A stretch of DNA of 62,985 nt, counting the filler, from Folioceros fuciformis (taxonomy: Eukaryota), in NCBI GenBank assembly GCA_049999805.1. It is 4 parts of 3 records of this genome, joined end to end, with 100 filler letters (N's around TTAATTAATTAA, not from the genome) between each part and the next. Parts side by side here need not be neighbours in the genome. Positions count along the whole stretch, not along the records: positions 57,106 to 62,985 come from JBNGIO010006372.1; 3 more parts are not named here. One strand, 5' to 3'. How positions within the stretch are numbered: position 1 is the stretch's first letter; every line of letters starts with the position of its first letter. Both the position numbers and the translations under genes were made by a program. This document shows positions 60,101 to 62,985 of the stretch, piece after piece. The notes under the pieces were generated by a model. That model worked only from the letters and a program-made list of their open reading frames with translations. It did not search any database and was not told the origin of the DNA.

Positions 60101-62985
60101 GCTGAGGAGTTCTAGCATTGGTTAGCTGTCTAGCTATACCATGCTGTGTGCAGTAGGCTTGGAACTCACCGGATATATATTCTCCCCCATTGTCTGATCG
60201 GAGAGCTTGCAATGATTGTTCAGTTTGTGTTTCTGCCCACGCCTTATACTCCTTGAAGCATTCCAGGGTGGAAGACTTTAGCCGCATGTGGTAGACAACA
60301 GTGAACCTTGAGAAATCATCAATGAAGGTAATAAAATAAATTTTGCCTCCAAGAGAAGTGGGAAGTGGCCCACACACATCGCTGTGTACCAGCCCGAGCA
60401 CTCTGGTGGCTCTCTCAGCTGGTTCAGTTGGGAATGCACTGCGGTGATGCTTCCCAATGACACATGCATCGCATACTCCGAAATCGGACAATGTATCCAA
60501 CTTCAGACCATCTACAAGCTTATTTTGATGCATTCTGACTAGCTTTTGGAAGTTCAAATGTCCTAGCCTAAGGTGCCACAAGTATGTGAGCGATGGCCTG
60601 ACCATGTGAGCTGTGCTTGTTGCAGCGGTAACATGATCCTTCTTCACATCCAGATGGTAGAGGTCATCAGATCGCAAACCTCCAGTGGCCATCAGTTTAC
60701 CATCTAGTGTTTCTACTACACATCTCCTACCACCAAAGCAGATGTAACATCCAGATTCGTCAATCTTCCTCACCGATACCAGGTTTTTGGCAAGCCCTGG
60801 TACGTATAAAACATCTGGTATCTCCAGATGTTGATCTGGTTCCAAATCAAGCTGAATTGTTCCATGACCTTCTATCTTATGTGTAGAGTCATCTCCTAAG
60901 CAGACAAATCTCTCACCTTCCATGGGCTGCAGGCTAGTGAAGTAAGAGTGATGCGGTGTCATATGCTGCGAGGCCCCCGAATCTATGTACCACGCATGTT
61001 GTGCCTTGGTTGCAAAACAGGTAACCACCAATGCTGAATCGCTTCCTGCATGTGTACTTCGATCTGGCCCATCATTTACACATGCTGTGAACGCTTTAGA
61101 ATATTTTTTCATAGTGACAGCCAGATTGCCACCTGAATGGCTGCGTCCTGACTCATTTGCCAACCTCTTCCTGCAGACCTCCCATGTGTGATTTGGTATG
61201 CCACAAAATCCACATGGTGCTTTGGGTCTGCTGCCATTGAATGAGGAAGGTCGGGATGGGAAGCCTCGACCTCGTCCCCTGCCTCTAAAGGCAGGTCTGC
61301 CTCTGCCTCTACCTCTGCCACCTCCAAACTTATTGGTGAACAGGGCTTTGTCTCCTGCCGATATGGAGGATGTCGCCATCTTGCGGCGGTTCTCCTCAGT
61401 GAGCATTGTGGAAATCACGCGGTTAACCGTGATTGCTGCTACGTTTTGCAGGGACTGCACAACATTTGTCCAACTTTCAGGCAGGTGAGACAGTAGAATG
61501 ACTGCCATCACTTCTTCTTCAAGCTTGAAACCTAGTGCTAGGAATTTGGTCTGCCAGCTCCTCCATGTGAGCACAAATTCTGCTACATTGTCGGTTTCAG
61601 CCATTCTTAACCCCACAAAGGACTTTAGTGTGTGGGTCTTTAGAATGAGGTCTGATGCATCGTACACCTCTAACAATTGTTGCCACAATGCAGCTGCAGA
61701 TGTGATGGACCCCATCAAAGTGGCAATGTGTGAGCTCTTTACGCTCATGGTGAGAGTGCTTCGTGCTTGCTGATTCGAAGCCTTCCATGCTGCAATGTCG
61801 GCGGATGCAGCAGTTGTTGGTGGTTCAGGTGTTGGAATTGCTGCACCGACGAACTCCCACAGGTTCCTTGACTTCAACAACTCTTCCATTCTAAACTTCC
61901 ATAGGTTGAAGTTAGTGCCATCAAATCTGTCCTCTTTGGCTAGGGCAGTCGGCACATTTGATTGTTGACCTTGACCTGCCATGACACTGGGATGGACTGG
62001 ATGGACACACTAAATTGGGTGAAACCAGACCTTGCAGGAGGAATCTTTGTCTAATGGGCCCTCTACTTCTAGGGTGACTTCAAGATTGATCATTTCAGCA
62101 AAACAGTACTCAGAATGGATTTTATGAATTATATAACATGCATAGGTGTAGACGTAGTTGAGAGTTGGTGACAATGGTTGCTGTTTAAAAAGGGTGTCTA
62201 GCTTAAATAGGATGACCTGAAAAACGTGATCAGGTGTTGAAGGAAGGTTGATGACAAACTTGGAGACAGAAGGGGGAGACATCTTCACTTCACAGGTAGA
62301 TATCTGAAATGTCAACTTGGGTCCAATCGTAGTCCTCCCCTGCAGGAACTCCTTGTACTAGGTTTGTCGCCATCAGCTCTAGGATTATGCAAAGTCTAAT
62401 CCAAACTTGCTGCCATCTGTTTCCATGCGACAGCGATTCTTGATACTCTCTCTCAGACCTCCAATAGTAGGCAGCTCTTGCTGCCTCTCTTATTGCACGC
62501 CTGAGCAGGCGCTCTCTTCTCCGTGATCCAGGCATGGTGCACAAGGAACCTGCACTACATTCCTCCAAGAAGGGCTCCTAGAGTTCATCTGTGTGCTAAT
62601 TCTTGTGCTCCACTTGCAGGTTCTACATAAAGAAGAGAAGAGCTTCTGCTGGCGTGCTCTGTCCAAGAGAAGATCAAAACTTTGCTACGATCAGTCCTCC
62701 TTGGGAGAGCAGCATTTGTGCAGCATCTCCCAAACCCCTGCAGGCGCACCCATTGGCCAACGTAAATTAATCAAAAAAAAAACAAGAGACCCGAATTCCG
62801 AGATGGAAATAGGATTCTTGCAGGTGGTGCGATTGCAAACGGGGCAGGCTACTCGATCCATGGCTCCGATACCATGAGACGATTTTTTTTATTGCGAGTG
62901 CTCGAACGCACCTTGTGTGTGTTCAGGACTCCGTGAACGGTTACAACGACATTACCTGTCGTGTTAGGGTTTCGTCTTAATTAAG
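57106..62985 (-). mobile_element. Ty1/Copia element (Copia-3), internal region complete, both LTRs partial
   Basis: The 5' LTR ends ..GTCTCA at 62875, followed by PBS TGGTATCGGAGCCA (62861-62874). PPT GAGTGGGAG (57153-57161) is followed by the LTR start TGAAAC at 57152. Confidence 0.93.
57309..61982 (-). CDS. Intact Copia gag-pol polyprotein, 1557 aa
   Basis: Single ORF: DRFDGTNFNLW, CGFCGIPNHTWEVC, WYIDSGAS, LWHLRLGH, VHSDVCG/LRSDNGGEY/QQNGVAE, YVDD, FSDADWAG/EAEY/CDNQSAI/ADVLTK. Confidence 0.97.
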   Translation of the reverse strand: MAGQGQQSNVPTALAKEDRFDGTNFNLWKFRMEELLKSRNLWEFVGAAIPTPEPPTTAASADIAAWKASNQQARSTLTMSVKSSHIATLMGSITSAAALWQQLLEVYDASDLILKTHTLKSFVGLRMAETDNVAEFVLTWRSWQTKFLALGFKLEEEVMAVILLSHLPESWTNVVQSLQNVAAITVNRVISTMLTEENRRKMATSSISAGDKALFTNKFGGGRGRGRGRPAFRGRGRGRGFPSRPSSFNGSRPKAPCGFCGIPNHTWEVCRKRLANESGRSHSGGNLAVTMKKYSKAFTACVNDGPDRSTHAGSDSALVVTCFATKAQHAWYIDSGASQHMTPHHSYFTSLQPMEGERFVCLGDDSTHKIEGHGTIQLDLEPDQHLEIPDVLYVPGLAKNLVSVRKIDESGCYICFGGRRCVVETLDGKLMATGGLRSDDLYHLDVKKDHVTAATSTAHMVRPSLTYLWHLRLGHLNFQKLVRMHQNKLVDGLKLDTLSDFGVCDACVIGKHHRSAFPTEPAERATRVLGLVHSDVCGPLPTSLGGKIYFITFIDDFSRFTVVYHMRLKSSTLECFKEYKAWAETQTEQSLQALRSDNGGEYISGEFQAYCTQHGIARQLTNARTPQQNGVAENKNKALETSASSMLSYAKLPKCYWAEAVAYATYIQNRIEHSAVQGKTPFEVWTGVKPDISHMRVFGAPVYVHVHKDLRKKFEPKSTSCIFIGFTNGIKGYKVIDRRTKRVMHSRDVIFVEGVESHDSVGVAVPDSPQGSDEEQEEDSYVLADPVPAAPAPIPPVVVPAVQQIPSTPSIQTPIRPSQSEDEPIIFGDFDMEGVVSPGDLFATPSSYQNVSNPGILQRKKKKIVSFPTPPRERPVRSTAGKIDLYKVHDWRHPKKADHSKSNLTYCLAASAEHFEPQTYEEALSCPDADHWRKAIASELNSLKENETWQLTQLPPGRKAVGSKWVFKVKLKSDGSIERYKGRVVAKGYSQVAGVDYTDTFSPVVKMSTLRLFLALSAVHDYELEQLDVTTAFLYGQLNEEIYMEPPAGLIAQDDKHQYVCKLKKTLYGLKQSPRAWFARIHNFLVSHGYMPLHADSNVYIKRGKGKNFLALAIYVDDIIIMSNSWSMIEELKDQLRSEFRMTDAGALAFCLGMQINRDRKRQRIFMHQSKYIRQILARFKMTDCKPVSTPLEQNVKYKAEVGEAELTAEEEYLMAEFPYASLSGSVMYLMLGTRPDLAFTVGMLSQFLANPAMAHWHAMRRLFRYIKATEDWGLLYSADAPEALTLTAFSDADWAGNQDSRRSISSYVFLLAGSAISWCSKRQPTVALSSTEAEYKSLTEACKEVIWAVGALAELGAPQQLPLRLMCDNQSAIALSENPRFHARTKHLEVQHHFIREQVASGMVQVVYCPIDLMTADVLTKALSKAKHQQHAFGMGLRSASGKSIWSGSAAGVDIPSSRTAGASAPGSSSPGDGESSSTELAAARNGVGRPSPSGGGVVRRSPAGGSIGRSSQAGGGTFTRALPAGRAKPCPAGSSQSSATHGGGDLDGRDSEGED

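Overview
Eukaryotic nuclear DNA from a land plant, most likely a seed-free lineage (hornwort, lycophyte or fern). This is inferred from short introns, high gene density and a PPR gene with a WW-type PG box. The window is four separate contigs joined by artificial N-TTAATTAATTAA-N linkers, so adjacency across the linkers is not biological. Contig 1 (1-24632) is a nest of decayed retroelements: an L1-type LINE interrupted by a full-length Copia element (GCCCC target-site duplication), flanked by long LTRs of other families. Contig 2 (24733-49759) is gene-dense. It holds a very Met/Cys-rich 11S-globulin-like bicupin, LPP-gamma, FKBP20-1, a PLS-type PPR pseudogene, a prolyl-3-hydroxylase-like 2OG-Fe(II) oxygenase, an RLPH phosphatase, two tandem pre-miRNA-like hairpins and an intronless lipase-3/P-loop gene. 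Contig 3 (49860-57005) is a circularly permuted or tandem Copia whose LTRs each have a PBS on one side and a PPT on the other. Contig 4 (57106-62985) is a Copia with an intact 1557-aa gag-pol. The most notable signals are: (i) two related Copia elements that both carry an extra basic/coiled-coil ORF upstream of gag and an antisense membrane-anchor ORF before the 3' LTR; (ii) a twin-hairpin miRNA candidate with an identical 23-nt arm; (iii) a miR477-like complementary site upstream of RLPH; (iv) the sulfur-rich storage globulin. All family assignments come from recognised motifs; no database search was run.
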